From positions 434,001-498,000 of the forward strand of contig BQFW01000009.1 in assembly GCA_020891255.1 (NCBI GenBank): a stretch of 64,000 bases of DNA. The letters run 5' to 3'. The position numbers and the translations under genes are program-made. Position 1 is the first letter of the stretch; every line of letters starts with the position of its first letter. The DNA is from Entomortierella parvispora E1425 (taxonomy: Eukaryota > Fungi > Mortierellomycota). Below the pieces are notes generated by a model that saw nothing but the letters and a program-made list of their open reading frames with translations, did not search any database and was not told where the DNA came from. Positions 31,801-46,026 of this stretch are shown in pieces.

Positions 31801-33933
31801 TGGCGGTGTCCGAATTAAAGACATGAGGTCCTGGTCGTTCCGTCATTTCCTTTCTGACCAACATCCGATCCTGACGGAGGACTGGCTGGGAGTTCAACAT
31901 GGTCGACTGTCGACTAGATGACATTTGGTATTGGACCTTGGTCAAGAATCGGACATGCTTTTTGTTGTCCACGCCTTCTAGAGATTTTTGACAGTCCTTG
32001 TCTAAAGTGCAGATTGAGTCTGCAGCCTGCGGTACCGTCTTCTTGGGCGAAGACACTTCATCCTGACGCTTCAGTCCTGTAGGCGCTCGTCTTAAGAGAG
32101 CTTTTCCAAGCCGCGTACCCGCTTTAGACAATGTGGATGAGAGTGGCTCTTTGGGATCTTGTGAATCCGGATCTTCAATCCCCAAGTCTTCCACGACATT
32201 ATCGATACTGTTTTGATTAGATCTTGCGTCAGCTCCTGCCGATGTCGTTGCTGCAAAGTCACTCTCTCGACTGATGGCCTTTGCAAGTGAGTAGTGGTCG
32301 TGCTCATCCTCTTCGTCCTCGGGCTCGTCCTCTTCCTGAATAACATCGTTCACTGAGCTATGTCCTAGACTAGAGGCATACTCTCGAGCTGTCACCCATG
32401 TTTCTCCTCTTTGAATATTACGATGCATTGGGAATGAATTGGATGAGAGAGAGGTGTTTGAGCGCGAATTCCAGACGTTAGGACTGAGGTGATCCTGTTT
32501 TGGTGGCAAATTTTGAATAGGTCGAGGGTCAGGTCGCTCGTCTGAAGACGCTGACAGTCCCTGCTGGACAGCTCCTGGGAGGTCGATCTCGGATGACATT
32601 GGTGAGCTCACCAAGACAGGGTGATGCTCCTCGTGATCATGGTAGTGACCTACTGTCAGGGCACCAGATGTTGGTTGTCGATCGAATCGTGGTCGACTTT
32701 GCCTACAGAAAAAAAAGATATAAACAAATCCCCCGTTTAGGTCAGCAACTCTAGAATACAAACACCGTTGGGAAAAAAAAGGAACCGAGTCTTGACAAGA
32801 CATGTTCGATCCTGTGGTTGCCATCGTTTTGACCATGTGTGGAGAAGGGGTGGGCAGCAAAGGGGCAGCTTTGAGGGACCTCGAGATTTCATTGTGACCA
32901 AGACGCAACAAAAACACGAACACAGATCAACAAGAAATGAACATCAACAAAAATACACATACTTGGACCCGTCGCTCTCCCATCCCAAATCAGGGCCGTG
33001 CAGTATACCCTGATGGTGCCGCCGTTCCCGAAAGTTCCCCAACAGTTTTTTGAATCCACTGGGCTCGCCTTCGTCGCGCATGCTCCTGGTCTTCTTCTTT
33101 CCCTTGGATGACCACCGTGATGGCGCGGCAGAGCGAGCACCAGCGTCCTCCAACGACGATCTGATTTCCTCGCTGGTCCGGTACTCGTCTGCCTTTCCTT
33201 TGCCTTTGATCTTTGAGTTGACAGCAGTCGAGGGATGGGGTCGGTATGCTCCCGATCCAGGTCCAGATCCAACACCGGCCCCGGCGCTCTGTCCAACAGG
33301 AGCGGAGAATGATTCCAGTGATGAAGTGGTCGCCGTCATCAGGCTCGCCTGAAACGGAGACTGTCGGTTCGTATTTTTGCGTCCAAGCGATGATGATACC
33401 AGATCATCGTCATCAGTCGTTATATCGCCGTCATCCTCAGAGTCCTGATCATGCTCATAGTCATGCTGCTCCTCTTCACTGTCGTAAGCGTCCTCGTCTT
33501 GGTCGCCGATGCTCTCATCGCTACTAGAGTCATCGCTGAAGGTATAGGAGAACTTGGGTATATTTGTTTGGAGGAGGGGCCCAGGGCGCGCTGATGCGGT
33601 TGCGGTGGTGGAGTGAGAGGAGGGCGGGCTGATGCCTTTTGAGCCACCCTGGGGCGATGAAGCAGAGCCTGACGCGGGCGGATGGTGAAGAGAGAGGTGC
33701 GACCGAAGGAAAGAGGATCCTTGTTCCCACCAAGGTTTTGGGGCTTGTGGCGCCGGGGCGTCTGAGTGGCCGTGGCTGTGGCTGTGGCTGTGGCTGTGGC
33801 CAGTCTTTTTGTCCCTGGAAGAGGAGGCAGCGGCTGTGGGGACATTCGTCTGGCGCTGCACCACAGGGCCGATGAAGATGCGATGGTGGCCGGAATGTGT
33901 GGAGAGGATGGAAGACGTGTGTTGCTGTGCCAT
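28849..33933 (-). CDS. SPO71: Spo71/Mug56-like multi-PH-domain protein, multi-exon
   Basis: PH-like blocks WKEWWCVL..GRLEFFYN, LYLTTHDHML, WCDQLEKLAAYWRLRK, SGCLYYKPKLHKTFRKMYLVL and FRARS..ELEEWVFAINTEI, recognised as the Spo71 pattern. The start at ATG 33933 is inferred. Confidence 0.65.
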
Positions 33934-35565
33934 GGTCAAGCAGGGCGGCGACGAAGGGGGGCGACGAAGGGAGGAATGCCAGGCGGAAGAAGGTTGGCCC
34001 TGGACTTTGCTGTGTTGACGTTTGGAAGTTAAGGTTGAGTGAAGAGAGAAAGGAATGTAGGAATGCGATTGAATGAAAAGGAAATGAAGGATGAAAACAA
34101 GAGTAAGGGTAGTAAAGAGAGGGAAATGAATGACAAAGAAAGAAAAAGAAAAAGAAAGAATGCTGATCCCTTGAATGTGCGCAAAGACCATGTCGTCGCA
34201 CCGTCAATGACCGCGACTTTCTTTGCGACAGAGACAATGACGACAGTGGCGCGCATCTTTCTTTCTTTCTCTCTTTCATTTCCGCGCTTCTCTCTGTCTC
34301 TCTTTTCTCTTGCCCCTCTTCTTCCTCTTTTACCCTCTCTCTTCTTCCTCTCTTGCCGCTGCCCTTCATCCTCACTCTTGGATCGTGTCTGTCCAGCCGA
34401 CCCCCCTTCATCCCCATGTCTTGACGAGCGGGAGAAACAAAAAGATTTTAAAGCTTCTGCCCAAAAATACTTTCTCCGCCATTCATTTCTAGTTTGCATT
34501 TATTTCGCTGTGGACCATGCTCACTTCTCTTTTGCTCTCTTTCTGTGTTCCCCTTCGCGGAAAAAAGTGTACCAGAGAAGAGACGAGATTGGCCAGACAG
34601 CCTTTCCACTTCTTACAGCATTGTCACATCAAACAGGAAACACTTCATGGTGACGGCCAGCGGCTCCCATGTCTCTACCTAATAATGAGGTGCAAGTCAT
34701 CTAGTCCCAGTGGAAAATGCAATTGAGACTGACATGCAAACTCGATCGCTCCTTTCTCTCTACTCGAGAGAAGAAGAAAAAGGGGACACTCTCCTTTTAG
34801 ATGCTCGGTCGTTTTTGAAATAAGGGAGCTTCTAGGAGACCGGACATAGCTATGAGCTTCCAGATAAAAATCCCGTTAGGAAGCGAGGTGTCTTTTTTTT
34901 TTTTTTTTTTTGATCGCCAGAAAACCACTCCAATACTCCATTCAAATTTATATGCGAAGGTTGGGCTGTTCTTCTCCTTGGCTTATTTCCTTTGGCGTGC
35001 ATAACGCTGGTGTAACATGCTGGCGATCCCCATCCCCATCCTTATCGTCAATACAGCAAAAAAAAAAAAAAAAGTTCTTGCCAACATGTTCAGCCTGAAG
35101 CTAGATGGGTTTGGACTTTCCCGTTGTCATAAGCATTGTCGTTGACAACCTATTGACTGCTTGATCTACAGATAGCTACTGTAGCTTCTACTTTTCTAGT
35201 GCAGGACACGTAACTGACGCGCGTACCTCCCTCTTAGCCGGCAATCGCCATTGAGGAGAATACGATTGCTTTTCAATTACTTGAAACTCGGCAACACTAG
35301 AGCAATGTGAAAAAAATCTGTTAAATGAGCTCCCTTTCCGATCCCAAAGTGCCCCCCTACAGCCCATCTGGCTCCACTCCAAGAATTCCCGAGATTATCT
35401 TCTTGCTGGAGAATATGTCCTGCTCACTTGCCAACTATCCAAGGGCCATTGTCCTCTTTCTATCAGGTGATGTTCTTTTATACAAAAGGTATTCTAAAGT
35501 TGAAGGTTCTATCAACAAAGATGAGGAATAAAAAAAAACTGTCTAAAAAAAACATTTAGGAAATT

Positions 35566-38500
35566 TCAGTCGTCCTGCACGCCATCCGTGAGCTTGAACA
35601 AGAACTCTTCCACCAAACGTGCACAGACTTCTCCTCCATTGTGGGGTATCCGGCGCTCGAACCAAACAGAAGGCACATATGCTTTCTCAAGTTCGGCGTC
35701 CTCTGAGGCTTCATCCTCCGTTGCTGGTGGCGTATGAACTGTGGTCAACGCTGTTGTGGCTGCTGATGACGGGCAATGGCTCGGAGCGTGTTGTTGATTC
35801 TTCTCCTGTGGAGCCTCCTCCGTTGGTGGTGTAAGTCGCGCCATCTTGGGACCTTTGGGTCTGAAAGCCGACAAGGATGTCACAGATGACGACCGTCTGG
35901 ATCTTCGTCGACTGCCGCTCATTGCGTTCACAAGTGGCTCTGGCTCTGCAAGCTCGCCCATGTTGACAGACTCTGCGAGTGTCAAGGCTGGGGTCACCGT
36001 GGAGACCTCCTCATCTTCCTGTTCAGCCTCGCTGGCCTCGCAACTCTCCATGAACAGGCGACGACCTTCTCGTTCCTCTGTCGCTTGTCTATCGGCCTCT
36101 AGGATCGATCGCTGCCAATTGCCAGTCTCAAACTCCTCTGCAGTCATTTCCACCGGGAGGCCATGATTGATCATCATCTTGATAAGGCCATGCTCTTCAA
36201 TGAACTGGGGTCGAGGCACGTAGATTAACGGGGTGTCATGGGCAATGCACTCTGAGCATGTTCCATAACCCTATGACGCACATCACAAAAACAGTCGTGT
36301 CAGTTCTATGCAAGACCAGTACTCTCCATGATGGTTTCACTCTTTCTTTTTCCGCCTTGGTGTTCGCTCCAGCCCTTACCAGTTTGCCAATGACGATGTC
36401 AGCGGCCTCGGTTAAATCTGGCACATAAACACCATGAGGACTACGGTAGAAACCCTCGGGCAATTCATGTTCCACAGGTAATCCACAGATGACTCCGATC
36501 CATCCTTCTGGAAGGGGGTTTCCCCATCCCTGCTTCAATCTCTGTCCTCCGAACGAAACCAAGACCATCTTCTTAGTCTTGATCGTCTCTTCGTCCACAC
36601 CCAAGGAACGCAAGACATCTTCTCGTGTGTTGATGGCTTTTCTGACGACTAGAGGAACATCGATCACTTGTCGAATCAATCCTTTGGATGTCGATCTTGG
36701 GTGTTGAAGCTTGGATGTGGAGAAGATAGATGAGGAGGAGCGCGACCCATTGACGGAAGGGTTGGGCGAAGAGCTGGCAGTGCAAAGACTCTCTGGGGTC
36801 ATAACCCCTTGTGGAGTCACGCTACCCATGGAAACGTCTGTCAACGATGAAGAGAACAATCCGGACTGCTGGTGATGGTGATGAATGTCCTCCTCCGAGT
36901 CGTCCATATCAGAGATGGACGGGCTTCCGCTTGATCGTGACGACTCCAAGGCCAAGATCTCGTCCTCAAACGAGGGGATATCAATCGATCCTGGTAGTCT
37001 AAGAAGTAATGATGCCTTTCTATAATCCTCTAATGCAGCATCTGCACAAGCCATCACATCCTTGTCTAGTGGGTCGCCCTCGCGGAGGAATCTGTAGACT
37101 TCGTCAAAGGTAAAGTTGGTGATCAAGCAGGCAGGGATGCCATGGGCACTAGCAGCAGCACTAAGCAGACCAACATGGAAGGTTAGTTTCATGATTTCAA
37201 GATGGGGGTGTTGAGCGCTCTCGCCGCAAAGCTCATCCCAAAGCGATGCTCAAGCCCTTTGACCATTGCTTTTCATTTATCCGACAAGAGCACTCATTGA
37301 TCAATCATGAATGCTCATTCGACATCAAATAATCACATCCCATAGTTTGACCCATCCTTCTGTTCTTGATGGAGTGTGCTCACTATCCTTCCTTTGTTTC
37401 TTCATTTCTTTTTTTTTTTTTCACCCTCAATTACAGACTTGGCCGTTCTCCCGGGCCCTGGCCTGTTTTTCGAATCGTCCAATGTTCCTTTGCCCCATTT
37501 TCGCCAAAGCATAATAAAAAAGAAAAAAAAATGGAACCAATAAACACTCGCTCTCACGCATGCGTTCAAGGATACATTACCATGGCAAGAACGGAGCATC
37601 GGCTAGGACGCAGTCAGCTCCGACCTGGGCCAGCCAGGAGACCTCGAGCTGAATCATCTCATCCCTTCTTGACAGAAACTTCTTGCAACCCTCAATGGTA
37701 GCTTGGCGATCCACGGAGTAGGCCTATATTTACCACCGATGGTGAAAAGATCAATGTGGCAGAGATAAACGTGGAATGCAATTTAGAGACGATCAATGCG
37801 TGGACGAAACGACAGGTCGAGAATGATTGAGGGGATAAGTAGACGCAGGAGGAGAGGGCAGGAAAGGAGACGGAAGGGACAGTTGGAGAATCAAGGGGAG
37901 GAACAAGAACTCAGTCGCGCACACATGCATCTTTTCTTAAGACAAATGGGGACAGCACCAGCACACAGATAAAGACATCGCGTGTAAAAAAAATCTGATC
38001 TCCTGGGAGATGGGCCATCCAAACCCCGGGTCTCGCGTCCATCGGTTATTAATACACAAAGTCAGGGCACTCACCAATGGCTGGACGACGCCTGCGTCAA
38101 CCTTTGCGTTCCTGTATATCGCCCCTAATGCTGTCACGTCCTGAAAGATAAACTGAGGTGCATCCGAGACGATGTAGATGGTGTGGCGACTCTTTGTCAC
38201 CGGCGTTGTGGACCCTGGCAGCGTTGTCGTGACCGTGGACTTGAGGAGTTCAGTGATGATCTGATTCACTCTGGTGGCATGTCCGAATCCTGTGCACGTC
38301 CAGTCAACCGTTGACATTGACGAATTCAATTCACACGATGCATGTGCAACAGAGCGTCGAATGGACAAGAGAATAGAATAGGGACAGAGAGAGGGTAGAT
38401 AACAATGAAAAACAGGGTTGGTTGGGTCAGATTGGGTTACACACATGACGGAAAAGAATGTGAGTTGGACAGGGTCACCCGCGTTAACTGGCGACTGTGA

Positions 38501-38567
38501 GCGGGTTCTTACCATGGCCAGAGACATAGTAGCAGAAGGTATATCCTTTGGATTGGGAGGGTGCCAT
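35566..38567 (-). CDS. GT-B-fold protein like the N-terminal glycosyltransferase domain of plant L-arabinokinase; no kinase domain; multi-exon
   Basis: Exon 1 MAPSQSKGYTFCYYVSGH is spliced (intron 38290-38512) to GFGHATRV. Further motifs: VDAGVVQP, LITNFTFD, LLRLPG, LVSFGG and PDLTEAADIVIGKL|GYGTCSEC..PRPQFIEE. Confidence 0.75.
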
Positions 38568-40513
38568 GGCTGGATGGGATGTATGCGGGTCAATGGGCTG
38601 GGTATAAGAGTGGTATATGTGCTTGCGGGCGAATGGGTGTCGTGTCTGTCGTTATTGTGGGTAGCGAAAGAAGCAGAAGCAAGAGAAAGAAATGGCCGAT
38701 ATTTTTATAGTTGCGAGAGTCGTCGAGTCGAGGCCTTGGGCTGGAATGAGAGCTTGAACGGTGGAATAAAGTGAATGGGGTCGTGGTCGAGGAGCATTAG
38801 CAGTGATGAGAGCGACCAATGCAAATGCAGTTCAGCGCAACGAAGTAGAGAGCGAGCAGAGCAAGGTCGTTGGCTTTAGTCGAGAGTAGTTGAGAGCAGA
38901 GACGAACAAGTTCGACAGGCAGGGGGGGGGGAAAGGGGGGGAAGGTACAAAGCTATATAGAACCTGCACGGTGGAGGTATGGAGGGAGAATGAGGGAGGG
39001 AGATATAAATAAGTAGAAGGGAGGGCGGGAAGGATGGGGGTGGACGAAATGAAGAGTGAGGAACGGACGATGGATGGATGGCTGGATGTGTGGATGGACA
39101 AAGACGAAAGGACAGTTGGACGCCGACAGCAGCAAGACAGGCAGACAGACAGACAGACAGACAGACATGGGCGGGGGTACTTGCGCTTGCTGCAGGAGAA
39201 GGATCCCAAACAGAGACAAAATGAACACAAAAAGAGACTGCGACTGCGACTCGGGCAACCCTGCTGCTGTTGTGTTGCCTCTTTTGCTTCTCTCGGACTT
39301 TCGTTTCTATCCCATTCTATATTTGCTACTTTTAGATGAACGTCTCTTCACGGGTCCAAGCCAACGAACGCATCGGGGTGGGGCCGCGCACTCGTGTTGC
39401 CTGTCCCGTCCATGTCCCCCGACTCCATCTGTCTGTTCGTCGGTTTGTCACTCGATCGTCGCGCCGCCGTCTCCTCTTTGGGGCCACACACCTCTGGGGT
39501 GACCATGCAACACTTCCATCAGTCTGTGGTGGCGCATCTTTCCTCACGCAGACGCAATGTCGGTTTGGGCCGTGCTGCTTCCGTTGTATTTCCGCCTCTT
39601 CGTCTCCTTCCTTTTTCCCTTCTTTCTCTGCCCTCTTCCCTCGAATGCTCCTTCAATTGCAACAAATCTCTGCCAGAGTCACTTCCCCTTTGACCACAGT
39701 CGCCACAGCTCAGAGATTGGGGTCGGGCCCCGAGCCTTGGCAATCAACCAGATCCTAGGCCATGTCTTTTCGTTCTTGAGTCAGTATACCCTCGATGGCG
39801 ACTATATCGACCACCCTCTCCACTGGATCCACGATGATGATTTCAGAAAGCAGGACAAATAGCATCTCTTAAAGTTGCTTTCTGTAGCCCAGACCTCACC
39901 CACGGAACACAGACTTTTGAATGGACACCGTCCCACACTCAACAAGAAACAGCCAGCCACAGTCTGTTGTCCGAGATCTTTTACCTTGCCGACATTGAGA
40001 CCCACTCTGAGGCTGTAATTAAATTATTAAAACGACAAAAAAAAAAGGAAAAGAAAGAAACGCCACCAAATCCAAGAAGCACCAGTGTGGCTTGTGTCCC
40101 ATTCCCAGCCACGTTGTCCAGCCCTTTTTTTCATGGCCCGAAAGGGTCTCGTCCCCTTGCAGGCGGAGTGAGAGACACACAGGAGGGGGCCAGGAAGATG
40201 GTTCGTGCTTCCTCTCCTGCGGTGTTCCTTCTTTGGTCCTTGTCGTCTGTCCATCCATCTGTCCGTCCATCCTGCATTCATCAAACCTTTTTGCCCTCTC
40301 TTGTCATTGTTCCTATTCTTCCTTATTTCTGTCCCTCCCTCGCCCCTTCTTCTCCCCTTCTCTCCACTCCACTCCACTCTTCTCTCTGCGTCTCTCCTTT
40401 CTTCTCTGCCCCTCTTTAATTCTCATCATCCCCTTTTCTTCCGAGTGCAGAGTGCTTCTCTTCCAAATTCATCATCTGGTTGCTCCTGATCGCTGCCCTA
40501 CTGTCCTCCACTC

Positions 40514-42544
40514 ATGAACAGGAACGCCAACGGGAACGGGCTTCCCTTCCATGCCAACAGCCCCTCCCGGAGGTCTGCATCTGGTAATCCTTTTACCATG
40601 GCCCGTCGCATCAGCCCTGGAAGACTCTTCATCCTCGTTGGATTAGGCTTCATCTCCTTGGTTGCCATCACCAGAATTCTCTTTGGCTCAAATGGGTCCC
40701 ATAGTTCTTCCGCAGAGCAGGACGCACAAAACAATGCTGCCTCCGATGCCGAAAGAGAGCTCAAGGTGCAGCAAATTCTTGATACAAGAACATCGGCTTA
40801 CAGCTTTGACGACTTCACGGAGCAAGGGCTGGTCTTTCCAGGAAACGAACATTTGATGCCTGCAACGGCCATCCTTTTGGGCTGGAAGCGATTGGAGGGA
40901 CTCAAGCTGATTGTGAGTTACCTTGCCCGGTATCCCTACATCAAGGAGATCATTGTCTGGAACAACAATAAGGAAAACGTCCTCTCAAGGCGGGACTTTG
41001 AGATGGATCCAAGTTTTGGTCCTTTACCAGAGCTCCAGGTGTTCAATGCAAAGGAGAACTTGCACGACTTTGCAAAGTACATGTCCTGCTCTCTTGCAAA
41101 GTATCAACACTGCTACTTCCAGGACGATGATTGGCTCAACACACACATGGATGCACTCTACACCAACTTTTTGACTGCCCCCAACTTGATCCACACCAAC
41201 ACTCTGCCCATGATTCACATGGAGCACCGTCGCTGGACCTTCACGAACGAGGGTAGGTTGATTTTTTTATCGCTTTGTTACTTCATCCCTTTAATGTCAA
41301 ACTAGAGCTCCTGACAACTGTAGTTCTAACTCGGACCATTACTGTGAAATCACTCGTATAGAATACAAAATGCATGCTGGATTTTCATGGATGGGAACAG
41401 GGTCGTTCTTGCCAAGGGAAAAGGCTCAGCGTCTGCTTGAGCAAGGTGGCAACAGCAACTTGGCCAAGGATAGAATCAAGGTCATTGATATGTACTTTTC
41501 CATCTGGACCAACCAATACCCTTACCAGTTGGTCAACTACCTCACGCCTCTGGATCAAAAGAATGGTTGGAGTACTGAAGGCGTGAGCGATCACTGGAGC
41601 ATTGTCTTTAGAAACATGGTAGGCAGGACACAAAGCAAAGATCTAAAAGTGACATTGTTGGTCGGCGTGTTTTACCAGAGGCTAACTAGATATTTCAAAT
41701 AGTTGGATGCCGCAGATCGCTTGTACTCAGCCTTGGTCGCCAATCCCGAAGTATCAGAAAAGGATTACTTTCCCAGAGACGAAGATCTTCCAGTTATCAA
41801 GGACAGACATGCGAGATCACCCTGCTTCAACGACAAGTGTCTTTTCAAAACCAGCATGGATGCTTTCCCAGAGCCCAAAGCAGTTGTCTTCAACGGGAAC
41901 CTACAGACTATTGAGGAGCAGAATCAAAAATTTATTGCGTTGCCCGATTACCCCACAAACGAATTCTTTGACAAGTTTGCATACAACCATGCTGTTGACA
42001 ATGACCCTGAGACGTGCTGGAACAGCTTTAAAGGTGAGATGAAATGAGCTACCTCAATCTAAAATGGAAAATGATGCCGACCATATGAGAGTACCGACTC
42101 TAACCACCACTGTTCTAACCTCCGAAATTAGCACCTCAACCTGGTGACTCGTTTGGTTTGCAGTTTGTGAAGGGAACGGCTCTCCGGAAGTTTACCGTCA
42201 ACTCGTCCAAGTCGCTGGCGCATTTGGAGGGCAAGTTTTCGGTCCAGGTGTCTGACCATGCTGGCGTTGAATGGGTAAGATGATGATTTGTGTTTTGACG
42301 TTGACAATCCAATGGCTGATTCAAAGACTAGACTGACTTATGCACACTTTTTTCTCGTTTAAAGACAATCTGCAAACACACGGTACGCTTCCCTACATCC
42401 ACTTCGATGGCACTCGATATCAACTGCCCATCAGCGCCTCACCTGGCCAAGGGCCTGGTTAATAATGTCAAGATCGAGTTTGACCAGAGTGTAGAAAGGT
42501 CACTTGAGGTCTGTGGCATGAATGTCGGAGGCATGGTCCTCTAA
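40514..42544 (+). CDS. Type II membrane glycosyltransferase, GT-A fold (GT64/EXTL-like), multi-exon
   Basis: N-terminal TM segment (LFILVGLGFISLVAI), TAILLGWKR..IKEIIVWNNN, and a DxD-like QDDDW. The C-terminal AVDNDPETCW resembles the start of a carbohydrate-binding/discoidin-type domain. Confidence 0.6.
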
Positions 42545-42889
42545 ATGGTTCCTCATAGAATCTAATAAACACAAGCATTATGTAAAATGAAATGTGTGTC
42601 ATACAGTTGTCTGTTTGGTGGCAACGGCAGAGCCATTGTGCCATAAATTTGGCAAGAGAGAGAGAGATGCCTCGTTTTCATTTTTTGTTTCCTTTGGCAA
42701 CTTCCCTTTGCCAGAGCTTTTTACCCCCCTTTGCCTATCCTTCCTCCCTCCCCTCCCTCTCCTTCCTCTTCCTCCTCATACCCGGTTTTGCTTCTCAGCT
42801 CCACCATCGAATCAGCTTCAATCCCCTTCTCCATTACCCCAATTCCTATTCTCACCCTTCATTTCGACTCGGACAAAGTGACAACCCAA

Positions 42890-45812
42890 ATGCCGACGAT
42901 CCACTCCCGCCGCAGACGCAGTACGCTCATTCCCGACGAAGAGGGTTGCCGTGATCACATGGACTTTGAGCTCGCTAGTGCTGTCGATTCTGACAGCGAC
43001 CGCAACAGTGTTCTCAGCCCTAGCTCAATGTCCTCCACGCTTTCGTCTCTGCATTCCACCCCGATCCCGTCGTCCACTCCATCACCCTCGCCCTCGCCCA
43101 CGCCCTCGCCCACGTCGACCTTCTCTGGGGGTAACGCAGGCCAAAGCTGTCATCGTCAGCACCATCCCGACAGCCGTTGCTCTGCTCCGGACGATCAACC
43201 CTTTGTGCTGACGGAGCACCCGGCGGTCGTTTTTGCCTCGGACCGCTTATCGGACAAGACCACGACTGAGCGTTTCCACACCGCGAACGTGTTTGATTTT
43301 GACCAGACTTTGTTTCAATCACCGTTGCCGAACCCGGCCTTGTGGGATCCGTCTTTTATTGGCGTGCTCACCTCTTGGAACTACTGCGGGACTGGTTGGT
43401 GGCATAACCCTGGAACGTTGGAGCTCGGACCCGAGACCGAGGCCAGCTGCTGGGAAGGCTGGTGGAATGAGGAAATTGTAAGTACCTCTCCTTTTTTTTT
43501 TCTTTCTTTCTTTGCTCAGTCTGAGCAAAGGATTGGGCGCATTTTTTGACTCTTTATGACATAGCGGGATGTCCTGATGAGGGAAAGGGGGTGCGTGGGT
43601 CTAATTGACTAAATGAGAATCGACCCTTTTTGTTGCACTGCAAAAGAGAAACCTCACCAAATTGCATCAACGGAAGGCCGCGAAACGACGCGAGAGGAGG
43701 TGCAGATGACCTTGGGAGTACAAAGACAAAGTTTTTATTTCTTTCTTTTTGGGTGGGGCCGATTTCGGGGCTGAAGCAGGCTGATGCAGAGAGCTGCCCA
43801 AAGAAGAGGCGTGTCCAAACCTGTTACTGGAGTTGGGGCTGCACAACATATGCATGCCAAAAAAAGGGCCGCAACTTAAACTCCTGTTCCATGTCATCTT
43901 TATCTGTCTACAGGTCACTAAAGTCAAGGAGTCATCAGCTGATCCAGGATGCTTGACGGTTCTCCTGACGGGAAGAAACGGACCTACGTTTGGGCAGAAA
44001 CTCATCCAAATGGTCACGGCCAAGGGACTGGATTTTGATCTGATTGCGACCAAGCCCACAACAGTTGCACGGATACCCACAACATCAAAAACAGCAACCA
44101 CACCGATTCCAGTCAATGGCATCCCCTCAACTCAATCTCTGACTCCTTCCACCTCCCCCGCGAAGTCGCCAAGGAAACAACAGGACAAGCACAACGTGGA
44201 AAAGTATCTCAAAGTTCACACGTTCAATACCAAGCATGATTTCCTCTACAACCTCCTGTTTGAATACCCAAAAATCCGGACCATGCATCTTTGGGACGAT
44301 CGACCCTGTCAGGTGGCCAAGTTTCGTCAGGCAGGACAAGAATGGCTTGACAAGAAGATGCTGGATCACTTTGAGATCACGGTCGTTCAGGAACCAATGC
44401 TCTACTTGGACTTGCAACTGGAGACAGATCTGGTTCTGGCCATGGTCGAGGCGAACAATCGACAGGTTGAAATTGAGCAGGCAGGCGGACCGTTCTTGGT
44501 CCCTGGTGTAGGCCTTTGTCCAAGAACCCGACCAGAACTAAGGGATCGAGCGATCTGGGATCCTTATGAGACATATGTTCCCCAGAAGCGCCTCCGGATT
44601 GATGTCAACACGATTGTGAGATATACAGGCGTCATGTTTTCGGAAAGCGTACAGGACGTCATGAAGGATATCTTTTTGGGAAACCTGAGTACTCTAACTT
44701 TGACTTCAACCGCATCCTTGGATCGCCCTATCCAATCTCAAGAACCGTGGATCGAGCGACCTCTTAAGCTAAGAGGGCAGGATCTGAGCAAATGGGTTGT
44801 TCCAGACGATTTGCATGTGACTTTTTGCCTTGGATCTTCTACCCCAGAGCATCTAGAGGCTATTGGAGGGTTAGGCGCGACCGCACTCGTGGAGGTGGAA
44901 GCTACTGGAGAGTTTGAGAACCGGGTATGGGCACTGAAGGTCAAGGAACATGACCTTGCCCTCGGTCAGGAAGAGGTAAACAAGCAGGTCTTGTACCTGG
45001 CGCCGAACGGGAAGTTATACCCGGATCTGTCAAGTCTAAAGGCGGACTATCCATCAGGTTCCCAGCAGTCAAAGCCGACTCCTTTTGTGGACCAACAGAC
45101 AGCACTAGATTCAGATCGCAAGGACAATGATCAGAGTCAACATCATCAAGACTTATCGGCTGTGACAAAGTCCTTGGAGAATGTGGATTTGACGAGGCTA
45201 GGACATGTAATTCTCAAGAAGAAAGAAGTGACGCCCCATGTCACTATGGCTTACGATCGGCTCAACGGCACCAGGGCAGTGGATTCTGGCAAAATTGAAA
45301 ACTGGGAATCTCTCGAAAGGACAGCTTCTTTTACCGTTCCTCTTTCTGATGGCCAGGACGGTAAAGAAGGAGCGGCTGGACAACAAGTCCTCGCCCTGCC
45401 TCTCCCGGATGGACCCCTAAGACTGGTTTTGATCGGGACTATTGCGCAAAAGAAGCTCCTCGGCATGAAAGCCAAGAGCTCTGCAGCCGTTCAGACTAAA
45501 GCTGAGGTCAGTCTTGCCAATGTGATCAAGTCTTGCTCAGGAGATTCGACTATTGCCTCGGGCAAGGAGTTGGGCCTGATGGTCAAGGCGGTCAAGGAAG
45601 AGATGGAAAGGATGGGAGTTGAAAATAGACTAGCGAACGAAGAGAGAATCGTGACGATTGCTCAAGAAGTGTGTGACCGAGCTGTGAACATGCGACAGGC
45701 AGGTCAAGGAACCTCAAGTCCTGACGACAAGGATCCTGTGCCAGGCCAAGTGAGTGAAAGTCAAGTTGGACAAGCACCCCCGCCGCCTATTGTCTTTCAA
45801 GCTGCCGAGTGA
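42890..45812 (+). CDS. Swiss-Army-Knife RNA-repair-like HAD phosphatase (HAD_SAK) with a C-terminal 2H-phosphoesterase-like region
   Basis: VFDFDQTLFQSPLPNP (DxDxT), WW..WN, VLLTGR and LWDDR, followed by two HxT motifs (LHVTF at ~44814, PHVTM at ~45237). Predicted intron 43478-43913. Confidence 0.75.
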
Positions 45813-46026
45813 TGGAAAAAAAAAACCAATAAAAAAAATAATACTTTTTGAGTCTTTTATTCGTTGAAGAAAGAATTGGCAAGATCGCGATGGAGCGCGG
45901 TCTTGACGTTCTGAAATAGTAGAGATGAGGTTGTGCATTGTGGTGAGCTAGACTAAAGTACTTCAAGACTTTGACAAGTAGCAGTCGCTGGCCGGTAAAG
46001 ACCTCGACGGCGGCACGGGACCAAGC

